Shown here: positions 33,817 through 43,617 of the stretch, one piece after another | Numbering within the stretch: the stretch's first letter is position 1 | Layout: every line of letters begins with the position of its first letter | The notes under the pieces: model-generated | What the model was told of the DNA's origin: nothing | Database searches by the model: none | Seen by the model: only the letters and a program-made list of their open reading frames with translations | Made by a program: the position numbers and the translations under genes | Source of the DNA: an uncultured Verrucomicrobiota bacterium | GTDB lineage: Bacteria; Verrucomicrobiota; Verrucomicrobiia; Limisphaerales; UBA9464 | NCBI GenBank assembly: GCA_903916195.1 | Contig: CAIWVP010000148.1 | Coordinates: forward strand, 10,396-74,395 | Reading direction: 5' to 3' | Length of the DNA: 64,000 nucleotides

Positions 33817-35472
33817 TCAATGGCCGGATGTGGGTATGTACCGGGCCCGGAACCATTGTTCGGGTGCATCCGTGCCAAGGACATCGAAACGGGCCAGACC
33901 TGTGAAACGGATCTGGTTGGTCACCGTCTGCCATCCATCGAGCCGGGTCGACCGCTCCACGACGAGCCCGGTTCCCGGCGCCCCGTACAACGTCAGCGAA
34001 GAGTTCGTGGCACTATATTGGCCGGACAACTGGAGCGCAGGGGAGTGGGTCGAGGTCACAAACCGGTACACGTTGCCGGAAGGCTCCAACGTCCAATGCA
34101 TGCCATCGGGGAGGACGGGCATCTGCACGTCGGTGAACCAGCCGGTTAGATCCGTGGCGGAGACGATCGCGACGGCCTGGCCTGGAGACCATTTGATGGG
34201 CGCGTCCGCGGTCACCCGCAGCGGGCCGCTCAGTGTCAAGCGCCCGTCGATCCTCAGGGCCGCGACATCCGGAGAAAGGTCGTCCGCAGCAACCTTGATC
34301 TCGAGGGCAGCGGTGTCGCCTTGGGCCCAGTCGCCGGCGACGGAGAGCGGACGGTTCCTTGAAAGGGTCACCGCAACACGGTTGGTCACCGATCCGAGGA
34401 TGGATCCGTTGCCGCTGAGATCTCCTCCCGACAGCGTGAGTCCCGCCCGCGCGGAGACCTGTCCTCCGTCGAGGACGAACGCGCCGCCCGTCTGGACCCA
34501 AGGGGTGGCCACGGTCAGCGACGCGCCTTCGGCCAAGGTCCATGAGCCGGCGTTGATCACCGGAAGATCCCCTGAAAGCTCCAGCGGTCCGGATTGCATG
34601 ATATTTCCGGCATTGGTCAGGTTTCCCGTCACCCTGATCCCCGGCCCACCGGCCGCGACGGTCATCGTCCCGTGGGTCGAGACGAAGAGCCCGCCGGCAG
34701 CGAGCGTGAGGGCCATCGGTGTGGCGGAGATCTGCCGGTCGACCTGGATCGCACCGTCCAGTCTCGGTGCGTTGGTCAATGTGAGCGTAAGGGGAGGAAA
34801 ACGGTCCTCGGCCCTGAGCCGCAGAGTGCAGTTGGTCGGGATCGTCCCATCAAAAAGACATCCAGGACCGACGAAATTGATGGTGATCGGGTTGGTGGCG
34901 CCAGCGCCTACCGAGGCAGAACCTCGGGCGACGTAGACCGGGAAGTCCACAGTGCCGCCGTTGAACAAGAATCTTCCGTCCTGGACCCAGACATAACCGG
35001 TCCGTTGGTCCGCCTGGACGATCGCGCCGGCTTCCAGATCCAGCACTGTCTCCGGGCCATAAAACCCGAAACCGGCATAGCCGGAGAGCTTGATGACGGA
35101 GTGGTTCTCGCATCGACCGCCCCCATACCAACTGAGGTTGATCGAATCGACGTCGATCTCGCCAAAGTTGAGCACCGGGCCGACAACATAGCGCGCTCCT
35201 CCCGGGCCGGGCTTGACCTTGATCTGGCCCGTCATCGAGTTGGTTACACTGCCCGAACCGATGACCAGTCCGACATCCAGCGGCTCATCGATGGCTTCGA
35301 GGCGCAAGGTGCCGTCGATCTCGAAACCCGGTACCGGCAGGCTTCCGTCCACCCCTTGCAGCCAGAGCACGTGCCCGAGCGGGACGTCGCCTGCAAGCAA
35401 TCGGCTCGCGAGCCACCCGATGCCGAGCCACGCCACCGCGGCCCGGGCAGCCTTGCATCCTATGAAGAGCAT
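33817..35472 (-). CDS. hypothetical secreted beta-helix-like repeat protein
   Basis: ORF of ~551 aa (ATG at 35472, GTG at 35475) with a hydrophobic N-terminus. Repetitive G/T/L/V-rich segments ([40 protein letters not shown]) are typical of parallel beta-helix or autotransporter-passenger-like proteins. No beta-barrel domain is present. Confidence 0.5.
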   Translation of the reverse strand: MLFIGCKAARAAVAWLGIGWLASRLLAGDVPLGHVLWLQGVDGSLPVPGFEIDGTLRLEAIDEPLDVGLVIGSGSVTNSMTGQIKVKPGPGGARYVVGPVLNFGEIDVDSINLSWYGGGRCENHSVIKLSGYAGFGFYGPETVLDLEAGAIVQADQRTGYVWVQDGRFLFNGGTVDFPVYVARGSASVGAGATNPITINFVGPGCLFDGTIPTNCTLRLRAEDRFPPLTLTLTNAPRLDGAIQVDRQISATPMALTLAAGGLFVSTHGTMTVAAGGPGIRVTGNLTNAGNIMQSGPLELSGDLPVINAGSWTLAEGASLTVATPWVQTGGAFVLDGGQVSARAGLTLSGGDLSGNGSILGSVTNRVAVTLSRNRPLSVAGDWAQGDTAALEIKVAADDLSPDVAALRIDGRLTLSGPLRVTADAPIKWSPGQAVAIVSATDLTGWFTDVQMPVLPDGMHWTLEPSGNVYRFVTSTHSPALQLSGQYSATNSSLTLYGAPGTGLVVERSTRLDGWQTVTNQIRFTGLARFDVLGTDAPEQWFRARYIPTSGH

Positions 35473-35659
35473 CACGGAAGGATTTCACAAGATCTCCTGG
35501 AAATCCAACTTGCTTGTGATCGGCGGCGGATGCGCCGTACCGTTTTCGCGTCGGCGGCTCAAGGACTACAGTGGCACAGGGAATGCTGCTCCTCAGTTTC
35601 GCGATTCGCAGCCCCGCTGGAAGCGCCACGTACCGGCAGAACCGGAAAACCGCACACCG

Positions 35660-36520
35660 ATGAGAAATTTATCCGCGACGGCGTTCACGTTGATCGAGTT
35701 GCTCGTCGTGATCGCCATCATCGCGATCCTCGCGGGGCTTCTCCTGCCGGCCCTCTCCCAAGCCAAGAGCAAGGCACAGGCGATCAGCTGCCTTAACGGG
35801 CTCCGTCAATGGGGGTTGGGCGCCCATGTCTATGCGGACGACAACCAGGACTCCCCTCCCCGGGACGGCATGGACGAGAACGGCCAGTATGCCGCGGATA
35901 CGGGTGCCGCAAACGGTGCCGGATCGCCCGCCGATCCCGCGGCGTGGTTCAACACCTTGCCGCCATTGCTGGGGGACAGACCGTTGTCCAACTACTGGGG
36001 CGATGCCAAAGTGTCCGGAAGCCTGCGGGCGTCCATGCCGTTTCCGGGAAGCAAGGGCAAGTTCTGGCATTGCCCGGCGGCCAAAGCCTTCTCGGAAGAC
36101 ACCGATGACCGTTTCTTGGCGCGTGGAGCCTACGGGGTCTTCAGTTACGGCATGAATCTGGACCTCAAGCTGCAATCCTCCATCCAGAACGGTATCCAAG
36201 GGAACATGTTGCCTTATCCGACCATGCCTCGCATCGGCGAGGTGCCCGATAGCTCTGCGACGGTCCTGATGGTCGACCAAGCGTTCAGTCCGACCCATGA
36301 ACTCTACACCCCCACGCCTGCAAGGAACGGCGCTCTTCCGGCCGCACGAAGCCAGCGCTTCACGGCACGCCACGGCAAAGGCAGCAGGGCGGGAGGCAAT
36401 CTCATGTTCTTGGACGGTCATGCAGGTTTCTACGCCCGATCATACGTGACCAACAGCAGTGCTTCGCTGGAGGAAAAGCCGAACCAGGACGTGATCTGGA
36501 ACCCCAACCGGGACCGGTGA
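35660..36520 (+). CDS. prepilin-type N-terminal cleavage/methylation domain protein (pseudopilin-like, DGH C-terminal motif)
   Basis: The ATG at 35660 is in frame with track ORF 35213..36520. It gives [52 protein letters not shown]. The C-terminus carries [14 protein letters not shown]. Confidence 0.85.
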   Translation: MRNLSATAFTLIELLVVIAIIAILAGLLLPALSQAKSKAQAISCLNGLRQWGLGAHVYADDNQDSPPRDGMDENGQYAADTGAANGAGSPADPAAWFNTLPPLLGDRPLSNYWGDAKVSGSLRASMPFPGSKGKFWHCPAAKAFSEDTDDRFLARGAYGVFSYGMNLDLKLQSSIQNGIQGNMLPYPTMPRIGEVPDSSATVLMVDQAFSPTHELYTPTPARNGALPAARSQRFTARHGKGSRAGGNLMFLDGHAGFYARSYVTNSSASLEEKPNQDVIWNPNRDR

Positions 36521-36792
36521 AGGATCCAAGGTCGACCAGGAACCCGCCGCGAGGGCACTGCCGGACCCGGTGGCGGAAGCGGTGACCTTTCCTCCCTCCG
36601 TGCCATCATGGTTCCGGGCCCTCGATGGCTGCTTCTGGGTGACCGCCAGCCCCCCGTCCTCGATGGTCCGGCCATGCGCGCACGCATCGTATCCGTGCCC
36701 AAGGTGACAGCCCCGCGAAAACAAATGCTTCGACGGTCGTATCGCCCCCCGTTCAGCAACCGGACCAAGGCGTCATGGACGCCCTGGCCACG

Positions 36793-37755
36793 TCAACCGC
36801 ACGGGAGTTTCACCAACGCCGTGATCTCCCCCTCCGTGCCGGGTTTGAGTTCTACGCCGCCCCCATGGGCCTCCGCGATGCTCCGGGCTATGCTGAGCCC
36901 AAGTCCGCATCCGTCCACCCTTCCGACCGCGTTGTCGCCTCGCTCGAACCGGTTGAAGACGGTCTCGAACGACTTCGGGGCGGTGCCGGTGTTGTCGATC
37001 CTGATCTCGGCGTGATCCGGGAACCGGCGGAGGGACGTGCGGATCCTTCCACCAGGATGGTTATGCTTCACGGCGTTATCGAAAAGGATCAACAGGAGTT
37101 GCCGCAGACGGTGCCGGTCCCCGGACACCACCGCGTCCTCACATGGGCCCAGTGACGCGGTGATGCCCATGGATCCGGCCAGACATTCGGCATCCTCGAA
37201 GGCCTCGTGCACCAGCTTGCCGAGTTGGACCGGCTGAAAGTTGACCCGCAACATCCCCGCATCGGCTTTCGTCAACAGGGTGAGCGAATCGACGATCTTG
37301 GTGAGACGTTCCACTTCGTCGATCTGGCCGGCGATCCATCTCGATTGTTCCGGATCCAGTGATCCGTTTTCCCGCAGCACCGTCTCCAGTTGCATGCGCA
37401 TCACGGTCAACGGGGTCTTCAGTTCATGCGACGCATGGAGCGTGAATTCGTGGATCTGGTGTATCGACGCCCCGAGACGGGCGGTCATCGCATTGAACCC
37501 AGCGGTGAGCCGGTCGACCTCGTCCCCGTTCATGCTCCGAGGGAGGGACTGGTCGAGATGCTTGGAATCGATGGTCACCGTGAGCGTGACCGCGGGACTG
37601 GGTAGCTCCCAAAACGTGCTGACCCAGCTCGTCCGCGTGGTACCCGAGAACGAACGCGATTGATCCGACAGAGATCGCAACAGGGGACGGCCGCGCTGCA
37701 AGCGGGGCCGTCCCCATTTCTGTTTCACGGCGGTATCGATCCATGAGCTACCCAA
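36793..37755 (-). CDS. histidine kinase catalytic core (HAMP tail + HisKA + HATPase_c) lacking sensor/TM N-terminus; possible 5'-truncated remnant
   Basis: The H-box is HASHELKTPLTVM, the N-box is LLILFDNAVKHN, and the G-boxes are DNTG...GCGLGLSIA. The ORF begins at a TTG at 37755. The first ATG, at 37533, is already inside the HAMP tail (MNGDEVDRLTAGFNAMTARL). Only 180 nt separate it from the upstream adenine deaminase stop. No TM helix is present and no response regulator is adjacent. Confidence 0.7.
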   Translation of the reverse strand: MGSSWIDTAVKQKWGRPRLQRGRPLLRSLSDQSRSFSGTTRTSWVSTFWELPSPAVTLTVTIDSKHLDQSLPRSMNGDEVDRLTAGFNAMTARLGASIHQIHEFTLHASHELKTPLTVMRMQLETVLRENGSLDPEQSRWIAGQIDEVERLTKIVDSLTLLTKADAGMLRVNFQPVQLGKLVHEAFEDAECLAGSMGITASLGPCEDAVVSGDRHRLRQLLLILFDNAVKHNHPGGRIRTSLRRFPDHAEIRIDNTGTAPKSFETVFNRFERGDNAVGRVDGCGLGLSIARSIAEAHGGGVELKPGTEGEITALVKLPCG

Positions 37756-37935
37756 GGGTAGCCAAGGCGAGAGCCTGCTGATGTCACTGTCCGGACGGTG
37801 AGAAGCCCGTCATACCGACCTCCGCAGGAATCGGGGGGTGCGGCCAGGTCGTCCGCTCCCTCGGCAGGCGGCGAAACCCTGCGAGCGAGGGAGGGGCGGC
37901 GACCAGTGCTTGGAGGATCGTGGACCAGGAACCGG

Positions 37936-39732
37936 TCACTCGAACAAGGGGAGCACCTTCATGCCGGTCACGTGGACGAGGCCCATGTCGGTGATGCGGA
38001 CCTCGGGGATGACGGACAGCGGGATGAGGTTGAAGCCCATGTAGGGCAGCGCGCACCCCAACGCTTCCCAGGCCCTCTTCAGCGCGATGGTCTCCAGCCG
38101 GACCTCGCGCGCAGGTTTGTCGGAGAGCAATCCGGCGACCGGCAACTCGATCATCGCGACGACCTTGCCGCCGTCGGCCACCACCACCCCGCCTTGCTTG
38201 GCCTTGATCGCCTCCAACGCCACGCGCATGTCGCGCTCGTTCGTGCCCGCGATGATGACGTTGTGCGCGTCGTGGCCCACGCTGCTGGCGACGGCGCCGC
38301 TCTTGAGGCTGAAATCCTTGAGCAGCCCGAGCCCGACGCGCTTCGAGCGGCCGTGGCGTTCGACGACGCTGACGAAGCAGAGCCCGTGCTGCTTGAAGTG
38401 GTCTTCCCACGATGCGGCCGGAGCCAGCTCGATGCGTTCGTGGAAGGTCAGGATGCCCGGAAGCGCGACGCGGATGGCGTTGGCCGTGACGGTCTTCGTC
38501 GGCAACCCGGGCGTGAGCGGGATGTCGTCGGCGATCTGGACGGTGCGATAGGCGGCCGCGGGATAGGTATAGCGTTGCTTGGCGACCTGCTCGGCGAGGA
38601 GCTGCGTCGGTTGGCGGTCCTCGACCATGAGCTGGCCGCCGAACCAGGTGTTCTGCACCTCGAGCGCGTCATCCAACAGGACGATGTCGGCCCGGCGCGA
38701 ATGGCCGAGCCCGCCGAACTCGCCGTCGAAGCCGTAGCGTGTGGCGCCGTGGAGCGACCCCATGCTCCACGCCGTCCCGGGCTTCACGCCGGCGACGACG
38801 GCTTGGCGCGCGACCCAGTCGAGCCCGAAGAGGAACAGGTCGTCCGCGTCGCGGTCGTCGGTGCAGATGCAGACCCGCTTGGGGTCCGCGCCGAGCTCGG
38901 TGACGGCCTTGATGGCGAGCGGGAGCGAATGCCACGGCGTCGCGGGGTTGCCACCGCGCAGGAAGATCCAGATGCCGGCCTCAAGGAAGTCGGCGGCGAT
39001 CTCGCGGTCGATCGATTCGTGCGTGTCCGTCACGCCGGAGGCCGCGTAGGCGGCGACGAACTCGCGTCCGTAGATGTGGCCGCAGACGGGCCGGCCGCGC
39101 TTGAGCGATTCGGCGATGACGCCGTGGCTGCGTTCGTCGCCGAGGCAGACCGGTATGAAATCCATCTTCTCCCCCAGCGAGACGGCTTCCGGCCAACGGT
39201 CAAAGAGCGCGCCGACCTTGGCGGGCGTAAGATCGCCGCCGGCGGTCTCCAGATCCGGATTGGTGGCGGGGACGGTGCTCGGGACGGTGAGGAAGATGTT
39301 CAGCGGCGCCTGCCGTGAATCCTCCAGCATCCAATCGATGCCGGCGGTGTCGCAGACGTTGCCGATCTCATGGCTGTCACAGAAGAGCGTGGTGGTGCCG
39401 TTGATCAACGCGGCCTCGGCGTAGGCGCAGGCGGTCATCATCGAGGACTCGATGTGGACGTGCGGATCCACCAACCCCGGCGCGAGGATGCCGCCGCGGG
39501 CGTCGTAGAACCGGGCGGCCAGGCCGAGCTTCTTGGCATCACCGGCCGCCTTCACCGCGGCGATGCGGCCGCCGCTGATCCAGATCTCGCGGTCGGGCAA
39601 GGTCCGCTCCGTGTAGGTGGACAACACACGCGCACCGGTGATGACGAGGTCCGGCGCGGTGCGTCCGGACGCCACGGCGGCGAGATGGCGGGTCATCTGC
39701 CAGAGCGGCGCGACGGAGAAACGGGTGATCAT
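37936..39732 (-). CDS. ade: adenine deaminase
   Basis: 598-aa ORF with ATG at 39732. The amidohydrolase motif is [14 protein letters not shown]. The length and overall pattern ([11 protein letters not shown]..., C-terminal domain ...MGLVHVTG) are typical of Ade-type adenine deaminases. Confidence 0.9.
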   Translation of the reverse strand: MITRFSVAPLWQMTRHLAAVASGRTAPDLVITGARVLSTYTERTLPDREIWISGGRIAAVKAAGDAKKLGLAARFYDARGGILAPGLVDPHVHIESSMMTACAYAEAALINGTTTLFCDSHEIGNVCDTAGIDWMLEDSRQAPLNIFLTVPSTVPATNPDLETAGGDLTPAKVGALFDRWPEAVSLGEKMDFIPVCLGDERSHGVIAESLKRGRPVCGHIYGREFVAAYAASGVTDTHESIDREIAADFLEAGIWIFLRGGNPATPWHSLPLAIKAVTELGADPKRVCICTDDRDADDLFLFGLDWVARQAVVAGVKPGTAWSMGSLHGATRYGFDGEFGGLGHSRRADIVLLDDALEVQNTWFGGQLMVEDRQPTQLLAEQVAKQRYTYPAAAYRTVQIADDIPLTPGLPTKTVTANAIRVALPGILTFHERIELAPAASWEDHFKQHGLCFVSVVERHGRSKRVGLGLLKDFSLKSGAVASSVGHDAHNVIIAGTNERDMRVALEAIKAKQGGVVVADGGKVVAMIELPVAGLLSDKPAREVRLETIALKRAWEALGCALPYMGFNLIPLSVIPEVRITDMGLVHVTGMKVLPLFE

Positions 39733-39771
39733 AGGGTGGTGGTCCGGGTTCGGCGGTGGATTGTCACGGGT

Positions 39772-40173
39772 TCAGAAGGACGCGCTGACCGGGTGGCTGG
39801 CACGGAGGACGGAGACCTGCTTGAAGCGTTCCTTGAACAAGGTGCGGACCGCTTCGATCGATGCCTCCGGTCCCGGCTTCGGCCCATGGATGATCACGAG
39901 CATCCGCGAGGGCAGCTTCCGGACCTCGCCCGACGGCGCACGCCACTGTCCCTGCATGTCGAAGACGCTGAAACCATCGGGGAAACGCGGCGTGACGACC
40001 GTCGCGAGGAAGTCCGACCACTCGGCGGGATCCACGGCGCCGAAGTAGAGCTCGGTCCGGATCAACGCTGCCGGCGACCGGGCACCCGATGTGGCGCAGC
40101 CGGAAAGAAGGACCGCGAAACCGACCAGCAGCGAAAGAAGCGACTTCGTCATCCGGCCTCCGTGCTTGGTCAT
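39772..40173 (-). CDS. DUF3574-type lipoprotein
   Basis: The ORF has a lipobox (LLSGC). The mature part, TELYFGAVDPAEWSDFLATVVTPRFPDGFSVFDMQGQW...RMLVIIH, matches my memory of the DUF3574 family. The start is at 40173 or at the second Met at 40152. Confidence 0.6.
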   Translation of the reverse strand: MTKHGGRMTKSLLSLLVGFAVLLSGCATSGARSPAALIRTELYFGAVDPAEWSDFLATVVTPRFPDGFSVFDMQGQWRAPSGEVRKLPSRMLVIIHGPKPGPEASIEAVRTLFKERFKQVSVLRASHPVSASF

Positions 40174-40176
40174 GGT

Positions 40177-40749
40177 TCACCCTTCTCCGGATCCACGCAG
40201 GCGGTAGATCGCGGGATAATTCATGTGCCACGAGCTGTCCTCCATGCCGTGGCCCGCGAGCCATTCCTTGCCGGGATAACGGAAGGCCGCGAAATCGGGA
40301 CTGAAGACCGGGTGTTCCAAAAGGCGATGCACGAGCACGGCGGCACGGACCTCGACCGCGCCGCGTTCGAGGCAGAATCCCCGCATGTGCGCCATCGTGC
40401 GGCCGGTGTCGCAGATGTCGTCGATCAGCAGCACGTGGCGGCCCTTGAAATCGGCCTCGGACCATTCGACCGCCACGCGTTCGGCGAGGCCGCCGTTCAC
40501 GTTCGGGACATAGCCACGGCAACGGCAGAAGGTGGCTTCGATGGAGACAGGGACGGCCTGGAGCAGATCGGAGAAGAAGAACACCGCGCCGCGCAGGATG
40601 CAGACGGCGAGGACCTGTTCGCCGGTCCTCTGGAGGACATCGACCGCCCACGGCGTGATCTCGGCGGCGACCTGTCGGACGCCCTCCTCCACCGCCTGGG
40701 TCGGGTACAACTCGTCGTAGTGCGAAGGGATGGGACGCGGGGCGCTCAT
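40177..40749 (-). CDS. type I phosphoribosyltransferase (hypoxanthine/purine PRT-like)
   Basis: 190-aa ORF. The PRPP-binding motif is RHVLLIDDICDTGRTM, and the overall layout is Hpt-like. The stop of the upstream gene is 1 nt from its start. Confidence 0.8.
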   Translation of the reverse strand: MSAPRPIPSHYDELYPTQAVEEGVRQVAAEITPWAVDVLQRTGEQVLAVCILRGAVFFFSDLLQAVPVSIEATFCRCRGYVPNVNGGLAERVAVEWSEADFKGRHVLLIDDICDTGRTMAHMRGFCLERGAVEVRAAVLVHRLLEHPVFSPDFAAFRYPGKEWLAGHGMEDSSWHMNYPAIYRLRGSGEG

Positions 40750-40750
40750 G

Positions 40751-41827
40751 TCAGGAAGCGGCGGCTGGGCCGGCGAGGTGGTAGACGGGACCGTCGAGCC
40801 CCTTGCCCGGCCAGTTCACCTGGTCGATGTCGAGACGGCGGACCTGATCGGCGAAGACGGGATCCAGCAGCAGTTCCAGCGCGATGGGCGCCAGCGCGGG
40901 CGTGGATGGAAACGGGACGACCAGCGGTTCGATGCCGATCGACCGGAGCATCGTCACCGCGCGACCCGCGAGATCGGCATCGGTGGCCGTGGGTCCTTGG
41001 AAGATCCAAACCGGCTTGGGCGCCGCGGCGAGCTGCTGGAACGGGCCGTGCGCGAGCTGCAGCGGTTCGATCAGCACGGGGGCGTCCCAGAAAAGTCCCT
41101 CGACGAACTTGCAGGCGACATTCTGCGCGAACTCACCGGCCGGCGCGGGAAGCAGGATGACGCCGCCGGATCTCCATCCATCGATCTGTGACGTCAGGTC
41201 CGCGCCCAGTGCCGCACCGATGGAGCTGTCCGCGAGGCGAAGCAGCGGATCCGACTGCGGCGCCAGCCGGGGCAGGCGGCTGCCGGGAAGGGCCTCGACG
41301 AACTGATGCGCGGCGACGAAGCCGCAGGCCGGGCCGATGATGCGGATAAGGAGGGTGTATTCGTCCTCGATGGGGAACGGGACGATCTCCGCGCCGGCCT
41401 TCACCCACTTTGCCAGCAGGTCGGCGCGGTCCGGTCTGCCGGCGGCCTGTTGGCCGGCCCCGGTGGCGGAGGTGAACACCAGCGTGTGGGTGAACGCACC
41501 GGCCTGGTCCAGGGCGAGCCGGGCGTTGGAGGAAAGTCCTTGGCTGAAGATGGCGAGCGTCTGGTCAGAGGCCCACGGACCGACCGGTACGACGAAGGCC
41601 GCCAGCGGAACGAAGCAGGCCGGGATATCGGTGAAGGTGTTGAGCAGCCACGCGAAGTAACGGGCCTGCGCCTCGGAACTGCCGATGCCCGTGGCCACGA
41701 CGCGCCGGACCCGATCCGATGCGGGCATCTTCGGCACGAACGGCTTCGCCAGCATGTCGCGGATCGATGCCGGGACCTGCGCGACGCGCCCGTCAAGGAG
41801 TCGGTGGCCTCTGGGATCCCCGTTCAT
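40751..41827 (-). CDS. double-SIS-like (sugar-phosphate isomerase/deglycase-like) protein
   Basis: The ATG at 41827 forms an ATGA overlap with the upstream stop at 41824-41826. RVVATGIGSSEAQARYFAWLL resembles the SIS GxGSS loop. The C-terminal half carries PLQLAHGPF, similar to the E..HGP motif of GlmS/AgaS/FrlB-type SIS proteins. The assignment is tentative. Confidence 0.45.
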   Translation of the reverse strand: MNGDPRGHRLLDGRVAQVPASIRDMLAKPFVPKMPASDRVRRVVATGIGSSEAQARYFAWLLNTFTDIPACFVPLAAFVVPVGPWASDQTLAIFSQGLSSNARLALDQAGAFTHTLVFTSATGAGQQAAGRPDRADLLAKWVKAGAEIVPFPIEDEYTLLIRIIGPACGFVAAHQFVEALPGSRLPRLAPQSDPLLRLADSSIGAALGADLTSQIDGWRSGGVILLPAPAGEFAQNVACKFVEGLFWDAPVLIEPLQLAHGPFQQLAAAPKPVWIFQGPTATDADLAGRAVTMLRSIGIEPLVVPFPSTPALAPIALELLLDPVFADQVRRLDIDQVNWPGKGLDGPVYHLAGPAAAS

Positions 41828-43398
41828 TCGGAGAGCGAGCTGTCGTCGAGGAAGATCCACTTGTGGACGTCGATGCCGTGGTCGTTCAACGCCAAGGAAT
41901 ACTCCTTCTTCCGGACGAGGCTCGACGGCGAGTTCATCACCATCTGGATCTTGCCCGGAGGGAAGTGATGCTTGAGCAGGCGCATGATCGAGTCGTAGTC
42001 CCGGCTATCATAGCCGACGCCGAGGCGTCGGTAGGCTTCGTCGCTGGAGAAGGATTCGCCCTCCTCGGTCAGCATCCGGTCGGTGGCATACGCACCGAAG
42101 CCCGCGCCACGGCCGTCGAAGTAGAGCAGGAAGATGGCACCGACCCCGTAGTGGACGATCTCCTGGACCGAACGCTTGAACTTGTTGCGGTTGTCGATGC
42201 TGACCAGCGGGAAGCGGTCGAAGAGCGACTCGCTCTGCAACCGGACCACGGGCACGTCGTAGAGCAGCGGCTTCCCATAGGTCAGCACGACCGCCTCCTG
42301 GCTGGTGACGATGTCGAAGTAGACATGGACCCGGAACCAGTAGGGCGTGGTCAGCAGCGTGGAGACGGGGGAACCGGGATGCTCCCGCTTGTGACGGGCG
42401 ACGTTCTTGGGGTCGATCCGGACCAGGAGCCGGTTGCCGCGGATGACGTAGTAATCGAGGACCAGGGGGGCTTCGCCGCCCATGAAGCTCTCGATCTTCG
42501 TCTCCCCGAACAGTTGGTGGAACCGCTCCTCAGGCAGGACGATCTCGTCGTCGACCGGCTTGACGGGCAGGAAATAGGACGCGGCGTAGATGAACCGTTG
42601 AGCGTCGGGCAGCGCATGGGGTTTGAAGGGCGACACGGGCTCGGGCGGGAGCGCCCGGATCACCTGGGGGCCGTTGGACTGGGTCAGGCTGTGCCCGGAA
42701 TCCGCCTTGGAACTGAGATAGGCGGCGTTGAACGGAGACGGTTCGAACTCCAGCGCCTCGGTCCCCGCGACCTTGAGCCCGTGGGACGTCATCGCCGCGA
42801 TCTTGTCGGGATTGTTGGTCAGCACGATGAACGGCGCCTTGATGCCCAGCAGGTAGCAGATGTCCGCCACGTCCTCGTAGCTCCGATGGTCCTTGCGCAG
42901 CCCCATGGCCCGGTAGGCCTCGAAGGTGGAGATCTGGTCCAGCGATGCCTGCACCACCATCCGGTCGCGCGCCTTGGCCACGTAGCCGACGCCACGGCCC
43001 TCCTGCATCAGGTAGAACAGGATGCCGTTGCCCTTCTCGCCGATGACCTTCAACGCGCCTTCGAGCTGTTGGACGCAATCGCAATCGCAGCCGCGCAGGG
43101 TCTCGCTGGTCACACAGGAGGAATGGATCCGGGTGTGGAGCTGCTCCGCCTTGGAGATGTCGCCGTGGGCAAGGGCGATGATGTAGCCTTTGTGGATGAT
43201 GTCCTGGAACACGTAGGCGTCGAACGGCCCGAAGTGCGTCTCCACCGTGCAGCGGGCGAGGAACAGCGTCGTGCCGTGCAACGGCCGGTCCTCCAGGCTC
43301 GATCGATGGACCACCGAACCCGGTTCGTGCTGGAGCTGGTCGACGAGGAGCCGGAGCGCTTCGTGGGTGGACCAGGACGGGATGGGATCGGTGTTCAC
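41824..43398 (-). CDS. tandem GTP cyclohydrolase II-like protein (intact N-terminal domain, degenerate C-terminal domain)
   Basis: 524-aa ORF with a GTG start at 43398. The first half carries the RibA-type zinc triad context (RIHSSCVTSETLRGCDCDCVQQLEGAL) and FYLMQEGRGVGYVAKARD. The second half repeats the fold (VRLQSESLFDRFPLVSIDNRNKFKRSVQEI ... FLLYFDGRGAGFGAYATD), but all three Cys positions are replaced. Confidence 0.75.
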   Translation of the reverse strand: MNTDPIPSWSTHEALRLLVDQLQHEPGSVVHRSSLEDRPLHGTTLFLARCTVETHFGPFDAYVFQDIIHKGYIIALAHGDISKAEQLHTRIHSSCVTSETLRGCDCDCVQQLEGALKVIGEKGNGILFYLMQEGRGVGYVAKARDRMVVQASLDQISTFEAYRAMGLRKDHRSYEDVADICYLLGIKAPFIVLTNNPDKIAAMTSHGLKVAGTEALEFEPSPFNAAYLSSKADSGHSLTQSNGPQVIRALPPEPVSPFKPHALPDAQRFIYAASYFLPVKPVDDEIVLPEERFHQLFGETKIESFMGGEAPLVLDYYVIRGNRLLVRIDPKNVARHKREHPGSPVSTLLTTPYWFRVHVYFDIVTSQEAVVLTYGKPLLYDVPVVRLQSESLFDRFPLVSIDNRNKFKRSVQEIVHYGVGAIFLLYFDGRGAGFGAYATDRMLTEEGESFSSDEAYRRLGVGYDSRDYDSIMRLLKHHFPPGKIQMVMNSPSSLVRKKEYSLALNDHGIDVHKWIFLDDSSLSE

Positions 43399-43617
43399 TT
43401 GCTTCGGGTGGCGACCTCGCGAAGAACGGTAGGCATCTGTCGTGCCATGGCGGAGACATCCGCGAAGCCGGACCGGTGGCCCACGGAAAATCAGCCAGGA
43501 TTATCAGGTGGAATGGAGCCTGCTTTCCTCGACCGTCGGCTGTCAGAGCCGGCACCTTGCAGCTCATCCTCACAATAAAGCGTCAGCGCCTGTCCGTTGT
43601 TGGCCACCCTGCCTAAA
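43399..43617. promoter_or_regulatory. divergent control region between the GCHII-like operon and the receptor/purine-nucleoside operon
   Basis: 219-bp non-coding gap between divergent starts (43398 minus strand, 43618 plus strand). I could not recognise purine-, TPP- or preQ1-riboswitch core motifs in it. Confidence 0.3.

Noticed and set aside
37784-39318. ORFs 37784-38410 (-) and 37798-39318 (+) overlapping the adenine deaminase gene
   Set aside because: These are out-of-frame or antisense shadows. The ade frame has the amidohydrolase metal motif and full-length family resemblance.
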